DNA of 64,000 nt from the human T2T-CHM13v2.0 reference genome, Homo sapiens, in the NCBI RefSeq assembly GCF_009914755.1, contig NC_060928.1; one strand, given 5' to 3'. Shown piece by piece: positions 24,195-41,464 of the stretch. The notes beneath the pieces were generated by a model that worked only from the letters and a program-made list of their open reading frames with translations, was not told where the DNA came from and did not search any database. The translations under genes and the position numbers were made by a program. How positions within the stretch are numbered: position 1 is the first letter of the stretch; every line of letters begins with the position of its first letter.

Positions 24195-24857
24195 TAGGAG
24201 GTCATTGCTTTCTGAGCATGTGGCAAGATTTCTCAGAAGCTGCTTTAGGAAAATGCTGAGCAGATGTGAGCTGACAGGGCTGCCTGTCACCCAGCCTAGG
24301 GTACAGCCCCTGGCTGTCACTTAGGGGGCCCAAAAGCAATAATGTGATCAGAGACCAATGGCAACTCAGTAGCTGGCTCGAGGAGGCCTCACTAGCCAAA
24401 GCTGGGACAGATTGAGCATTAAAAGGAATGAGGAGGCTGAGTGTGGTAGCTCCCAGCACTTTGGGAGGCTGAGAGGGGAGGGTTGCTTAAGCCTGGGAGT
24501 TTGAGACTAGCCTGGGCAACATAGTGAGACCCCGTCTCTAAAAAAAAAAAAAAAAGTTAAAAAAACAGGAAGTTTGACTATAGCATACAAATAAAGTCAA
24601 GAATCCATAAGGATTGGGATGCTCAAACAGAGCAGTAGGGTGGGAAGCTCCTTCTTCTAAAAGCACACCTCCTCTAAATGTGTAAGAAGGATAAGAGTGG
24701 CAAGTCAGCATGCTGCGCCCCCAGGGTAACAGCTGGTGCAAGTATGCAGCATTCATGGAGGTTAACAAGGGATATCAGTTTGGGGAATGGAGTATTTCTA
24801 CTGTTCAAAAGCAGCACCCATAGGGTACTGACAGATTACAGCAGGATGATGGGCGCT

Positions 24858-25209
24858 TGTGTTAATCAATTCTCACACTGCTATGAAGAAATACCCAAGA
24901 CTGGATGATTTATAAAGGAAAGAGTTTTAATTGACTCACAGTTCCACATGGCTAGGGAGGCTTCAGGAAATTTACAATCATGGTGGAAAGCACCTCTTCA
25001 CGGGGGAGAGAACGAGTACACGGCGAAGGGGGAAGCCCCTTATAAAACCATCAGCTCTCGTGAGAACTCACTCACTATCACTAGAACAGCATGGGGGAAA
25101 CCATCCCCACGCTTCAGTTGTTTCCACTGGGTCCCTTCCACCACATGGGGGGATTATGGGAACAAAATTCAAGATGAGATTTGTGTGGGGACACAACCAA
25201 ACCCTATCA
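24858..25209 (-). mobile_element. THE1/MST-family MaLR solo LTR
   Basis: About 350 bp with TG...CA ends. Contains tgctatgaagaaatacccaagactgg, aattgactcacagttccacatggct and ends acacaaccaaaccctatca. Confidence 0.85.
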
Positions 25210-26347
25210 CTGGGTACCGACAGATTACAAAGGAATGGTGGGTGCCAGACTCTGGAGGAACCTAGCAGACAGTGCCATGCACACCACCATGAAACAGAGA
25301 GACACTGGGTGCATCCCATTGCCACAAACTCAGAAGGATCCAACGTAATATTTGCAGGATTTGTGCCCAGAACATTTTATCCAAATCTACCAAGACAAGA
25401 CAAATCCAAATTGGCAGACAGGTGGCCTATTAAAAATGTTAAGTCTTGTGAAAAGAGAAAAGGGTTGGAAGAGGCTGGGTTAGTGGGAAAGCTATAATGG
25501 ACATGTGAAGGAAATTGGAAAATGGAATATGGGTTATACCTTAGATGAGAGTATCCTGTCAGTGTTAAATGCCAGTGAGGTGATCATGGTATTCAGCAAA
25601 ATGTCAAAAAAAGAGGGAGGGAGGGAGGGAAAGAAAGAAAAGAAAAGAGAGGAGAGAGAAGGGAGGAAATTTTTAAGTAAAAAGCTCGGTACAGTGGCTC
25701 ACACCTGTAGTCCCAGCACTTTAGGTGGCCCTGGTGAGAGGATTGCTTGAGCCCAGGGGTTCAGGACCAGCCTGGACAACATAGTGAGACACTGTCTCTT
25801 AGAAAAACGTGATTTTTTTTTTTTCTTTGAGACGGAGTCTTGCTCCGTCACCCAGGCTGCTGGAGTGCAGTGGTGCGATCTGTGATCCTCCTGCATCAGC
25901 CTCCCGCGTAGCTGGGACTACAGGTATGTGCCACCACGCCCAGCTAATTTTTTGTATTTCTAGTAGAGATGCGGTTTCACTGTGTTAGTCAGGCTGGTCT
26001 CGATCTCCTGACCTCATGATCCACCAGCCTCGGCCTCCCAAAGTGCTGGGATTACAGGCATGAGCCACCACGCCCGGCCAAGAAATTTTTTTTAAAAAAC
26101 CAAACTGTCGATGTTCTGAGGAGTTCATACCGAAGTGTTCAGAGGTGAGTGCAACTTGCAGACGTTCGGCTAAAAAGTGTGTGTGCCTGTAAGAAATAAA
26201 GTTTATAAATATGACAGAATATTAGGTCGTGAAGATGAAGCAAGGTGAAGGATGAATGGGTACTCTTTGTGTGTTCTTTCAGATTTTCTACAGGTTTGAA
26301 CATTTTTGAAACAAACTTGGCAGTGACTCTCGCCTCTCTAAATGCAG

Positions 26348-26636
26348 GTGACGTGTTTCATGGCATCAGCAAGGAGGACCACAGACACTCGGCCCCAGCC
26401 GCCCCGAGGAATAGCCCCACGGGCTTGGCCCCCCTCCCAGCGCTCTCGCCTGCTGCGCTGTCACCTGCTGCGCTCTCACCTGCCTCCACACCTCACCTTG
26501 CAAATCTTGCAGCCCCATCATTCCCCAAAACAGCAACCACAACTCCTGGGTTTGTGGACACACGCAAGAGTTTCTGTCCTGCACCCCTACCCCCGGCCAC
26601 AGATGGCTCCATTAGCGCCCCTCCAAGTGTCTGCAG
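26348..26636 (+). CDS. FAM193A: FAM193A coding exon (GDVFHGISKEDHRHSAP...ALSPA x3...APPSVC), 289 nt, phase 1/2
   Basis: Acceptor ctctctaaatgcag|GT and donor TGCAG|gtgagc. Matches ORF 26245..26640. Confidence 0.92.
26440..26484 (+). repeat. Coding 15-bp tandem repeat x3 (ALSPA)
   Basis: gcgctctcgcctgct gcgctgtcacctgct gcgctctcacctgcc. Confidence 0.9.
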
Positions 26637-27707
26637 GTGAGCCAAGTCCTGACTGGGGACGTGGGAGCACTTTGGAAAATGGGTGTTATGCCTCACTAAC
26701 ACAGCTACAGAAACTCCCCTGGGACCATGCAGTGGAAAAGTCTAGTGAAATGCCGAGGGAATGCAGGGATGTCCCCAGCAGAGGCCATGGGTAGAGGGGG
26801 GCTCCCATCTCAGCCTGTAGTTTTGCAGAGGGAAGAGCAGGGGCCGTGGGCCGCCATGGATAGGTGGGCCAACTACGCCTAAACACTGACAGCATCGGGG
26901 GTGTGCATTGTTTTTTACTCATTGTATAAGTTGTATTTGTTATACCTAGGGTGGAATCAGAGGAAAATGAATGAAATGTGTATATAGTAAAAACACAATA
27001 CAACAAACACTCAACAGGTGTGTTTTTTTGTTTTTTGTTTTTTTTCTCTGAGACAGAGTCTCACTCTGTCGCCCAGGCTGAAGTGCAGTAGTGCGATCTC
27101 AGCTCACTGCAACCTCCACCTCCTGGGTTCAAGCGATTCTTCTGCCTCAGCCTCCCAAGTAGTGAGACTACAGGCATACGCCACCATGCCTGGCTAATTT
27201 TTGTATTTTTAGTAGAGATGGGGTTTCACCATGTTGGCCAGGCTGATCTCGAACTCCTGACCTCAAGATCCACCTTCCTCGGCCTCCCAGAGTGCTGGGA
27301 GTACAGACGTGAGCCACTGCACCTGGCCAGACTTTCTTTTTAAGACAAATTCTGTTACCTTTGAACTCGCCTGTTTGAAGCTATACCCCTTTTCGAAGCC
27401 CCTTAGTATGGAAGCTGTGGTGGCAGGGGCAGTCTCAGAAGGAGTCATTGGAGAGACTACGTGTTCCTGTTCAGTGGCGCTCTGTGAGCACTTTGAGGGA
27501 CCGCCTGCATGCATGCGCACACGCCATGTCTCCCACGTGAGCCCTTTGCTGCTTGTGTATGACTCCCTAGTAACCCTGGGACTATGCACCCTCTGCGCTG
27601 CCTCTTGTCTGTGAAATGGGCAGGACAGTGGGTGGTCATGTGCAACAATGTGAGTCATTGCCTCCCGGGCCGGCCACTTGCTGATGAGCTTGTATGCGGT
27701 TTTGCAG

Positions 27708-27891
27708 TGACCCTGACTGCGAAGGGCACCGCTGCGAGAATGGTGTCTACGACCCACAGCAGGATGATGGGGACGAGAGTGCAGATGAGGACAGCTGCTC
27801 TGAGCACAGCTCCAGCACCTCGACCTCCACCAACCAGAAGGAGGGCAAGTACTGCGACTGCTGCTACTGCGAATTCTTTGGGCACGGCGGG
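27708..27891 (+). CDS. FAM193A: FAM193A coding exon (SDPDCEGHRCENG...KYCDCCYCEFFGHGG), 184 nt, phase 2/0
   Basis: Acceptor ggttttgcag|T and donor GGG|gtgagt. Matches ORF 27694..27903. Confidence 0.93.
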
Positions 27892-29124
27892 GTGAGTGCA
27901 TGAGGTCAGCGCATCATGATGTGGGAAGTGTGCAACACACGGGCTCCTTTGCAGAAATTCTGTACTAGGTTGAATTCGGGGTATATTCCACTTCTAGGGT
28001 ATATCCATTGTAAAGAAACAAAGAAAAATATATGCCCAAAGATTTAGCCATAATGATTTTTTTTCTTCATTTTTTACTTTGTGGTTTTTAAGGTAACTGG
28101 TAAATCAGCAGTGAGGTATTCCTACTGAATACCCATTGGTAGGAGGTTGTTAACCATGGTGTATCCATATGGTGGAACATTGTAGCCAGCGACAGCAGCG
28201 TTGTGTGTGTGCAGTTGGGTTTCTCTTGTTTGAATACAGAGGGCGTTGGTACACACACATACTTGTCCATCTTTCCAGAGCTGTGATTTAATTTATACAA
28301 CCAATTATCACCCACTGTTTAAGAGGGATGGGTGACAGGAATAGCAGGGGCTTATAGTTGTTCTTTTTCTGCTTTAGCTCTGTTTGCATTTCCTAAAATG
28401 TTCACATGTTTTTATAGCAAGAAATTTGGCAGTAGGATTCAGGGCTTTTTTTGGCACCAAAAAGGAAACCCACAAATGGATGGAAAGATACTACAGACAC
28501 ATTTATTGACATGAAAAGATATTCACACCATGTTAAATAACAGGTAGAGGCCAAGCATAGTGGCTTATGCCTGTAATAGCAGCACTTTGGGAGGCTAAGG
28601 GAGGATCTCTTGAGCCCAGGAATTGAAGACCAGCTTGGGCGACACAGGAGACCCTGTCTCTACAAAAGATAAAGAAAATTAGCTGAGTGTGACAGCACAC
28701 CCCTGCTTGAGCTCAGGAGGTCAAGGCTGCAGTGAGCTATGATCGCACCACTGCACTCCAACCTGGGTGACAGAGCAAGACCTTGTCTCAAAAATAAATA
28801 AATAAATAAATAAATAAAATACATTAATCAGGATTTGTAATTGTTTCCTTTTCAGTTTAAAAAATCCACTTATGTGCATAGCTATACATGCTTTATCAGG
28901 TTTTTCATGAATATGTAAAATTTGAGAGTAGGTATCAAAATGCCACTTTTGGGTGACTTGCTGATAGGTTTTTCTCTTTTTCTGCTGGTTGTTGTATTTC
29001 CTTATTTTTCACAACAAATATATACTACTTGAGTAATAAAACAGTTTATTTTTGGAGGTGTGGTCTGAAATTTATTATATTCAAAATTTTTAAAACTTAA
29101 GCATAACTTTGTTGTTTTTCTCAG

Positions 29125-29355
29125 CCTCCAGCTGCACCAACAAGTAGAAATTATGCAGAAATGAGGGAAAAGCTTCGCTTACGGCTGACCAAGAGGAAAG
29201 AGGAGCAACCTAAAAAAATGGACCAGATCTCAGAAAGGGAAAGCGTCGTTGACCATCGGAGGGTGGAGGATTTGTTGCAGTTTATAAATAGCTCCGAAAC
29301 CAAACCAGTGAGCAGCACGCGTGCAGCGAAGCGAGCAAGGCATAAGCAAAGGAAG
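29125..29355 (+). CDS. FAM193A: FAM193A coding exon (PPAAPTSRNYAEMREKLRLRL...RRVEDLLQFINS...RHKQRK), 231 nt, phase 0/0, GC donor
   Basis: Acceptor gttgtttttctcag|CCT. The donor AAG|gcaagt is non-canonical (GC) and joins in frame to LEEKAR in the next exon. Confidence 0.88.
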
Positions 29356-31692
29356 GCAAGTGACAGTTCTCAGCACCTGGAGGCGCCAGGTCTGAGGGCA
29401 TTTGAAGGTGCCGTGCCACGCCAGTCTCTAGGCAGGGCTGAGCCACAGGAGGTCGGGGCTCTGACGTGTGTTCACTTGCCCACAACTTTGTTCTGAGAGC
29501 CAGCCTGTCTCTGGTGGCCTGAACTGGAGACTGGTAAAAAACTTAACTTTGTGTTTTCGGGAAATTACTTCCCCTTTTGTAGAATGGGTTTGTTCTTGTG
29601 CTGGCCATCATGAGGGCAGCAGCAGACACTCCAGCTTTATCTGCTGGAGAACCTTCTTTTCGAAGAAAGGAGCCGTCAACTGTAGAGATGATAGAAGAAA
29701 GGCCCAGGTGGGCTTTTGGGGCCTGTGGGTTCAGAAGTGTCTTTGATATGAGACTGGGGCGGGGCACTTGGCACAGGGAAGTCTTCTGGACTCAGGTCTG
29801 AGCATGTCCCCCATGCTGCTCTTGTCCCACTGCTGTTCCAGATGAAGACCAGCACATGGCATTGATTAGAGGGGAGGAAAATAAGTCTTCATGGGAAGAC
29901 ATGAGCAGTTCCCTCCTTACCAGAGGGCATGGTGTGTCACAAAAAGCAAATGTCAAATACAAAAAACGTTAGCCAGTCATGGTGGTGTACGCCTGTAGTC
30001 CCAGCTACTCAGGAGGCTCAGGTGGGAGGATCACTTGAACCTCAGAGGTGGAGGTTGCAGTGAGCCGAGATTATGCCACTGCCCTCCAGCCTGGGTGACA
30101 GAGTGAGACTGTCTCAAAAAAAAAGACAACTTTTTTCTCTTGGAGGATTGTCTAAATGCCCCTATGCTGGAGCAGTTCCAAAGAGCCTTCTGGTTTCAGC
30201 TCCCTAAAAGTGTCAGGCTCCAAGAACCAGACCTCAGTGAGCAGATGTGGGCTGCATGCAGAGGGAACTTGTAGGTTCCTGGGGTTCTGACAGTAGGACA
30301 GTGGTCTTGGGAAGAGGCCAGGTTTCTGTCTGCAGCATGGTCAGGCAAAAAGGTGAGGAAGAGGACGATCCCACAGTGGACCAGAGGGTGGGCCCGATGT
30401 CCTGTGTTGTTACTTGTATCTTAGCTGTTGTGATTGTTCTACCCTCAAGAGCTCTGCTCATACCTCGCAGTCCTACAGTAGATTTAGACTGACTATTGGG
30501 CCTGATTGGGAGGCTTTGGGGGAGAAGCCTTGTCCCGTGCCCCAGAAGACTAGAGACTGCTGGAGTGCAGAGAACACAGTGTGTCCTCCATTCAGGAGCG
30601 TCCAGCATCGGGGTACCCACGATGGTCCAAGGCCCTGAGACGTCCCATTGGGATTCACTGGAGGCCTCTGGGACGCCTTCCTGAGTTTTCAGGGTACTCT
30701 CCACCCCAGGCTCTTGCCCTCTGACCTTGCAGGTGGTCTGAATCCAGACTTGAGGCCCAGCTGAACCTTAGAGGCTGATGTCATAGGCCCTGCCCAGCAC
30801 CCAGTCCCACCTCGAGGGACCACCTCCTGGTGCTTTCTACGCTGCACCCATTTTACAGAGCAGCTCACAGATGTGTGTTGAGGCTCACTGGCTGGCTGGT
30901 TGTTGAAGGGACAGCAATAGTTGACCTATGGACTCTGTCCCGTAGCAGGTCCAAACCGGGGGCCTGTGCTGGGGCAGCCGTTCTGCTGGAGACCAGGGCA
31001 CCTGCCCTTACATGCTTGTTATTTGTCCATATATTGACAAGGCACGTGTGCTGGATTTAGATCAGCTCTGAGAGGATGCCAACTGGCCAGTGTGTGCCAG
31101 CGAGTGTCCTGATGGAGTTGGTCTCTCCTCTGCTCCCGTGCAGGCCCACAGCTCACTCTAGACACTGGACTGCAGGACCCATCCACGAGGTGGCTGCTGG
31201 GTGCTGCTCCTGACATACACATGGAGAAGGATGTTAAATAATTTTTACTTGAATTGTCAAATGAAATTTTTAATAACATACCATTGTTAAATTTTTATCA
31301 TAATTTTTAAGTTTTTCAAAAGACAAGTCAATTTGCCTGTTTAAAATATTGTGAAAAATAATTTACACTTGGGGAGTACTTTTCTATTTCTCTAGGAGAA
31401 ATGCTTTTGGCAGAGTTTCTCATAAGCCCCAGCATTTCTAAAGGTTGGTGGTGGGTGGAGCCGTGCTCCTAACACTGATGACTCTCATCTGCTTTCTGAA
31501 CACAAAGAACAGTTTCCATTTGTGCCCCTGGAGTTTGTGTGCATCACTACTCAAATGCTGTCTTTACTTGGGATGAAAATTAATTTTCCATCAAGTTGGA
31601 CAGTGAGTCATTTGCTCTGTCACATCTGTCACACTAGTGAAAATATATGGCACTTCTGTTTATCTGCTAGGGTGGGAAGAAGGAATTTCTAG

Positions 31693-32091
<399 letters not shown>

Positions 32092-32196
32092 TGAGGGGGT
32101 AGCTGACTCCCTGGATGTGTGCTTTGCAGCTGCGTTGTCCTTGGTTACTGTGTTTAGTACCAGGTCAAAGGCTATCGGGAATTTTTTGTTAACTAC

Positions 32197-32226
32197 CACC
32201 CCCCCCCCCACACACACACACACACA
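32197..32226 (+). repeat. (C)n(CA)n microsatellite
   Basis: Directly visible. Confidence 0.85.
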
Positions 32227-32443
32227 AATAAGTAAGCATATACTTTAGTAAATAGATGAAGTTTAACAATCCTGCAGAGTAAGAGAATTGGAGGTGGGTG
32301 TGTGTTAAGTTTTGATTTATTACAGCCTCTTCAGAGTTTATGTTCCATATGTGATTCGTTTTTGAAATTATCTTAGTTTTTCTGTATGACTTAATTTTTA
32401 GCACTCACTGTAGTCTTAAATTGCCTTCTTTTTGCATTGGCAG

Positions 32444-33308
32444 CTGGAGGAGAAAGCTCGCCTAGAAGCAGAGGCCAGGGCCCGGGAGCACCTGCACCTC
32501 CAGGAGGAGCAGAGGCGGCGGGAGGAGGAGGAGGATGAGGAAGAAGAGGAGGATCGTTTCAAGGAGGAATTTCAGCGGCTTCAGGAGCTTCAGAAGCTAA
32601 GAGCTGTAAAAAAGAAGAAGAAGGAGAGGCCAAGTAAAGACTGCCCCAAGTTGGACATGCTCACTAGAAATTTCCAGGCAGCAACAGAGTCTGTTCCTAA
32701 CTCTGGAAACATCCACAATGGCTCACTAGAGCAAACTGAAGAACCAGAAACCTCTTCTCACTCCCCATCCAGGCATATGAACCACTCAGAGCCCAGGCCA
32801 GGGCTAGGGGCTGATGGGGATGCTGCAGACCCCGTCGACACCAGAGACTCCAAATTTCTCCTCCCCAAGGAGGTGAATGGGAAGCAGCATGAGCCACTCT
32901 CTTTTTTCTTCGACATCATGCAGCACCATAAAGAAGGAAATGGCAAGCAGAAGCTGAGGCAGACCAGCAAGGCCAGCAGCGAGCCAGCGAGGAGGCCCAC
33001 AGAGCCCCCCAAGGCCACAGAGGGGCAGTCCAAGCCCCGGGCCCAGACTGAGTCAAAGGCTAAGGTGGTCGACCTCATGTCCATCACAGAGCAGAAAAGA
33101 GAGGAGAGAAAAGTCAACAGTAATAACAATAACAAAAAGCAGCTGAACCACATCAAGGACGAAAAGTCAAACCCAACCCCTATGGAGCCCACCTCTCCCG
33201 GTGAGCATCAGCAGAACAGCAAGCTGGTGCTGGCAGAGTCCCCTCAGCCAAAGGGCAAGAACAAGAAAAATAAGAAGAAGAAAGGAGACAGAGTCAACAA
33301 TTCAATTG
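32444..33308 (+). CDS. FAM193A: FAM193A large coding exon (LEEKARLEAEAR... coiled-coil/E-rich, K-rich stretches ...DRVNNSI), 865 nt, phase 0/1
   Basis: Acceptor ttctttttgcattggcag|CTG and donor ATTG|gtaaat. Matches the 302-aa ORF 32432..33340. Confidence 0.95.
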
Positions 33309-33372
33309 GTAAATACAGAATAGCGGGAAGGTATTTCTGAGCGATGCCTGGTTTTCCATGTGTGATGTGCTA

Positions 33373-33724
<352 letters not shown>

Positions 33725-34501
33725 TCAAAAAATACATATAGAGAGAGAGAGGATTTCTACCCCCTCCAGTTCCCCAACTTTAGTTCCCCAACATCAGTAT
33801 TTCCCATGTTTGCTTCGTTATTCTCTCTCTCCCTCTCTCTCTTATTTTTCTGGACAGAAGGAGAGTCACTTCATACATGATACCCCTTTAACCTAAAATA
33901 CTTCCATGTATATTTCCTCAAGATAAAGACACTTATAAAACCACAGTACAGTGATCAAAATGAAGAAGTTGACACTGATCCAATGCTATTCTCTAATTGT
34001 AGACCTTACTCATGTTTCTCCAATTGTCCTTTTAACATCCTTTATAGCAAAAAAAAAAAAAAAAAGCTCTTGTTGTTTCTCCTGACATGGGATCCAATCC
34101 AGGATCCCATGTCGTATCTCTTTAATTTCCTTTCCTTGGGATCGGTTTCTCTGTTTTTCATGACCTTTACTTTTTTGAAGAGTGCAGCGCATTTATTTTT
34201 TAGAGGATCCCTTGGTCAGGGTGCATGCCCCATGTCTTCCCAGTCAGGTTCAGATACCATGTTTTGGCGGCAACACCACTGATGTGGCCAGTCCCTGTTG
34301 GTATATCCCACCAGGAAGTGGGTGACGGTGTCTGTCCCATCACTGGGGATGGGAACTCTGATCCTGGGTTGAGCTGGTCTGCCCATTTTCACTACGGTCA
34401 AGTTAATATTTCTCCTTTGCTAATTAGTAAGTGTCTTATGGGGAAATGAGTATCCTGTTTTTATTGAACATTCACCGACTAGTTGTAGCATCCATTAATG
34501 A

Positions 34502-34772
<271 letters not shown>

Positions 34773-36432
34773 TGATCCGCCTGCCTCAGCCTCCCAAAGT
34801 GCTGGGATTACAGGCGTGAGCTGCCACCCCTGGCCCAAATGGTGAATTTTCTAATATTATTCTTTCTATATTTGTTACTTGCCATTCAACTGTAGGAAGA
34901 GCTTTCCAACCTCATGTGTTTTTTTCATTCACTTAGTTATATCAGGATAGATCCACGAAGTTTTACTTGATGCTATAGATGAGAATCTTTTACGAACACT
35001 CTTTATGTTGCTGTTTTGATTGTCTGAGATTCGGTCAGTGGGAGCCCCCTCGGAATGGCTTTTTCCTTAGACCATTTGATGCGGCCCTACCAGCCTTTAA
35101 GCATTTTATACTTTGTGTCATGGTTCGATGCTCCGGGCTCATCTCGTGTCTTCTCTCTCCCAGCCCTGAACCAGCCATTTCTCCAAGGAGCCCTCCTCTT
35201 TCTTCAACAGTGGTGTTCAGAAACCCAGACCTGGACACTGCCATATGGCATTGCTTTTAGGCCCTCTCAGTCAGCAGAGCAGGAGGAGTGGGGGTGTGAG
35301 CATGTGCACACGAGCGCCTGCCACCTACACACACTAATTGCTATGTACAAGCCGTGAGTTCCCACAGATATCCCAGCCCCACTCCTGTGCTACAGTGAGC
35401 GTTCTCCCTTCCCCGTCCACCTTTGTAACTCCTTAGACAGTAAGAACCTGGACCCCATCATCCATGGTGCCTTTACTGACTTGCTGAGTCCTACAACACA
35501 GGTAAAGGGTTCAGAAGTCCCTGCCCTTACCCGATGGAAAACTCCGGGCATGCTTTCGGTATTTGTTCAGTTCTTTTTGTCTTTAGCCTCAGGGTGTGGT
35601 GATTACACTGAATTTACAAATGACTTAAATTAGTTCTTTTCACCTTTAGTACAATTACGTTATTGATTGAAAACACACCTGATTGCGTTTTTCCATTTGT
35701 GTTCCATTTGTTTTCTCCCCTACCCAGTTCCTCTTTTTTTTTAATCTGTTCCCACCCACTCCCTGTAGGTAACTAATCAGTTTCTTATTTGCTTTTCTTT
35801 TTTACATAAAAGGTAGTGTATTATAGACATAATAGTGACTTCTGGGTTCTTTTCTACTTCATATATTCTGGGAATCACTGCACATCAGTTCGTAGAGATT
35901 GTCCTCATTCTTTCTGCAGCGACACGGTACTCCATTTAAAGTGTACGATGATTTCTGCAGTCACTCTTCTTTGTGCGAGCGTTTAGGTTGTTTCTAATGC
36001 TTTGGTTTTTTGTTTTTGTTTCTGTTTTAAGGTGGAGTCTCACTCTGTCATCTAGGCTGGAGTGCAATGGCGCAATCTCGGCTCACTGCATCCTCCACCC
36101 CCCAGGTTGAAGCAATTCTCCCACCTCAGCCTCCCAAGTAGCTGAAATTACAGGCACGTGCCACCATACCCAGCTAATTTTTGTATTTTTAATAGAGATG
36201 AGGTTTCACCATGTTGGCCAGATTGGCCTTGAACTCCTGACCTTAAGTGACCTGCCCACCTTGGCCTCCCAAAGTGCTGGGATTACAGGTGTGAGCCACC
36301 GTGCCCGGACTCAATGCTTTGTTTTAATCATTACACCCAGTGCTACAGTAAGTACTTGTGTGCATATGTGTTTCCATATTGTTTGGAGGTGTTTCCTTGG
36401 AGCACTTTCCCAGAAGGGAGAGGGCTGGGTCA

Positions 36433-36809
<377 letters not shown>

Positions 36810-36812
36810 TCA

Positions 36813-37322
<510 letters not shown>

Positions 37323-38379
37323 CTATCTGAAAAAAAAATAAAATAAAAATTTTTAAAAAGGTAAGTGCTTTCATAGTTTTTTTGCTAGCTACGTCCAAGT
37401 TCTCCAAACCCTCCAGTCAGCCCACCCACCAGCAGCATCTGAGTGCCTGTTTGGCCACAGCCTTGCTTATAGAGTAGTTGTCAGGCTTTTTAACTGTTGC
37501 CAATCCGTTAGCTACAGTAAGCCCTCAGTGTAGTTTTCATTTGCATTTTTCTCCTCTAATTACAATGAGGTCAATATATTATTAAGGGCTATTTCTTTTT
37601 GTGTGTATGAATTTTCTATTCATACCTATTTCTCATTTCTTACTAGGTTTTTGGTCTTTTCCCTTTTGTATTTAAGAATTTTGTTTTTGTTTTTGAGACG
37701 GAATCTTGCTCTGTCGCCCAGGCTGGAGTGCAGTGGCGCGATCTCGGCTCACTGCAAGCTCCGCCTCCGGGGGTCACGCCATTCTCCTGCTTCAACCTCC
37801 TGAGTAGCTGGGATTACAGGTGCCCACTACCACGCCCGGCTAATTTTTATATCTTTAGTAGAGACGGGGTTTCACCGTGTTAGCCGGGATGGTCTCAATC
37901 TCCTGACCTCACAATCCGCCTGTCTTGGCCTCCCAAAGTGCTGGGATTACAGGCATGAGCCACCGCACCCAGCCAAGAATTTTTTTATATGGTAGGGACA
38001 TTAGCCTTTTACTCATGCAGTATGCTGCAGACATTCTCTCCCAGTTCATAAGTTGTCTTTTGACTTTGTATATGCTTTTCAGTCAGGTGGAAATGTTCTT
38101 CCTTTTATGCGGTCAGCTTCTTGATTTTTTATTGCCTCTGGATTTTGAATAATTGTTAGAAAGCTTTACGCTAACATTGTGATTAAAGAGGAACACACCC
38201 ATGCTGCCTTCCAGTGTTTGTGTAGTTTCTTTTTTTTTCATTTATATCCCTAATATGTTTGGAAATTTTTCTTCTCTGTGGTGTGAAATATGGATCCAAT
38301 TTCTCTTTTTCCAAATGGTTAGCGAGTGGTCCCAGCACATTATTATTATTTATTCTTTTTTTTGGGAAGTGGGGTATAG

Positions 38380-38478
<99 letters not shown>

Positions 38479-38627
38479 TGAGTAGCTGGGACTACAGGCA
38501 CGTGCCACCATGCTGGCTAATTTTTTTTTTTTTAGTAGAAACAGGGTCTTGCTACATTGCCTTAGCTGGCTATAACTCCTGGGCTAAAGCAGTCCTCCTG
38601 CCTCAGCCTCCCACAGTGCTGGGATCA

Positions 38628-38950
<323 letters not shown>

Positions 38951-39043
38951 CTATAATGAGACCTTGTTTCTACAAAAACAAAAATAAATAAATAAAATCA
39001 TCTTGTCCCAGTGATTCAAGATGCCACCTTTGTCCTACAATAA

Positions 39044-39370
<327 letters not shown>

Positions 39371-39723
39371 TAAATTTCAATATGCACTTGGGTCTGTTTC
39401 TGGAATTTCTCTTCCTTTCCTCTCTGTTTACTTGTGTCATTATTGCATTTAGTTAGTTATTTTTAGAGGCTCTACATGTTGTAATATCTCGTAGGGCTGT
39501 TCTCTCCTCATAGCTTTTCCAGCTCAGTATTTCCCAGGCTATTTCATGTTTGTAGTTCTATATGAACTTTAGCATCAATGTGCCTGGCTCCATTTAAAAA
39601 AAGCTTGTTGGGGCCGGGCTCACACCTGTAATCCCAGCACTTTGGGAGGCCTGGGCAGGCGGATCACCTGAGGTCAGGAGTCGAGATCAGCCTGGCCAAC
39701 ATGGTGAAACACCATCTCTACTA

Positions 39724-39918
<195 letters not shown>

Positions 39919-40161
39919 TCAGGATTCCATTACACTTATACATTAATTTAGGGAGAATTGATGTCTTTATGATATTGATCATTCCTTCCAAGAACAAGGG
40001 ATGTTTTTCCATTTGTTCAAGTTTACTTTCAGGTCATTCAGGAATATTTTAAATTTTCTCTTAAATATTTTTCACATTTCTTACTGAGTGTATTTCTCAG
40101 CATTTAATCACCATTGTTTTTAATTTAAATGGGATCTTCTCCACCATTATATTTTATAATT

Positions 40162-41068
<907 letters not shown>

Positions 41069-41173
41069 TAGTAGAGATAGAGTTTCACCATGTTGGTCAA
41101 GTTGGTCTACAACTCCTGACCTCAGGTGATCCACCCATCTCGGCCTCCCAAAATGCTGGAATTACAGGCGTGA

Positions 41174-41464
<291 letters not shown>

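Noticed and set aside
24931-25497. 188-aa plus-strand ORF
   Set aside because: It starts inside the THE1 LTR at a non-ATG codon and runs into old repeat sequence, so it is a chance ORF.
27263-27901. 212-aa minus-strand ORF overlapping an exon
   Set aside because: It is an antisense shadow of a GC-rich exon plus intron, ends in an Alu, and shows no recognisable domain or promoter/splice support.
33309-33340. Stop codon after the large exon (GKYRIAGRYF*) as the gene's end
   Set aside because: A donor at 33308 and a phase-compatible downstream exon with the conserved C-terminal domain show that the gene continues.
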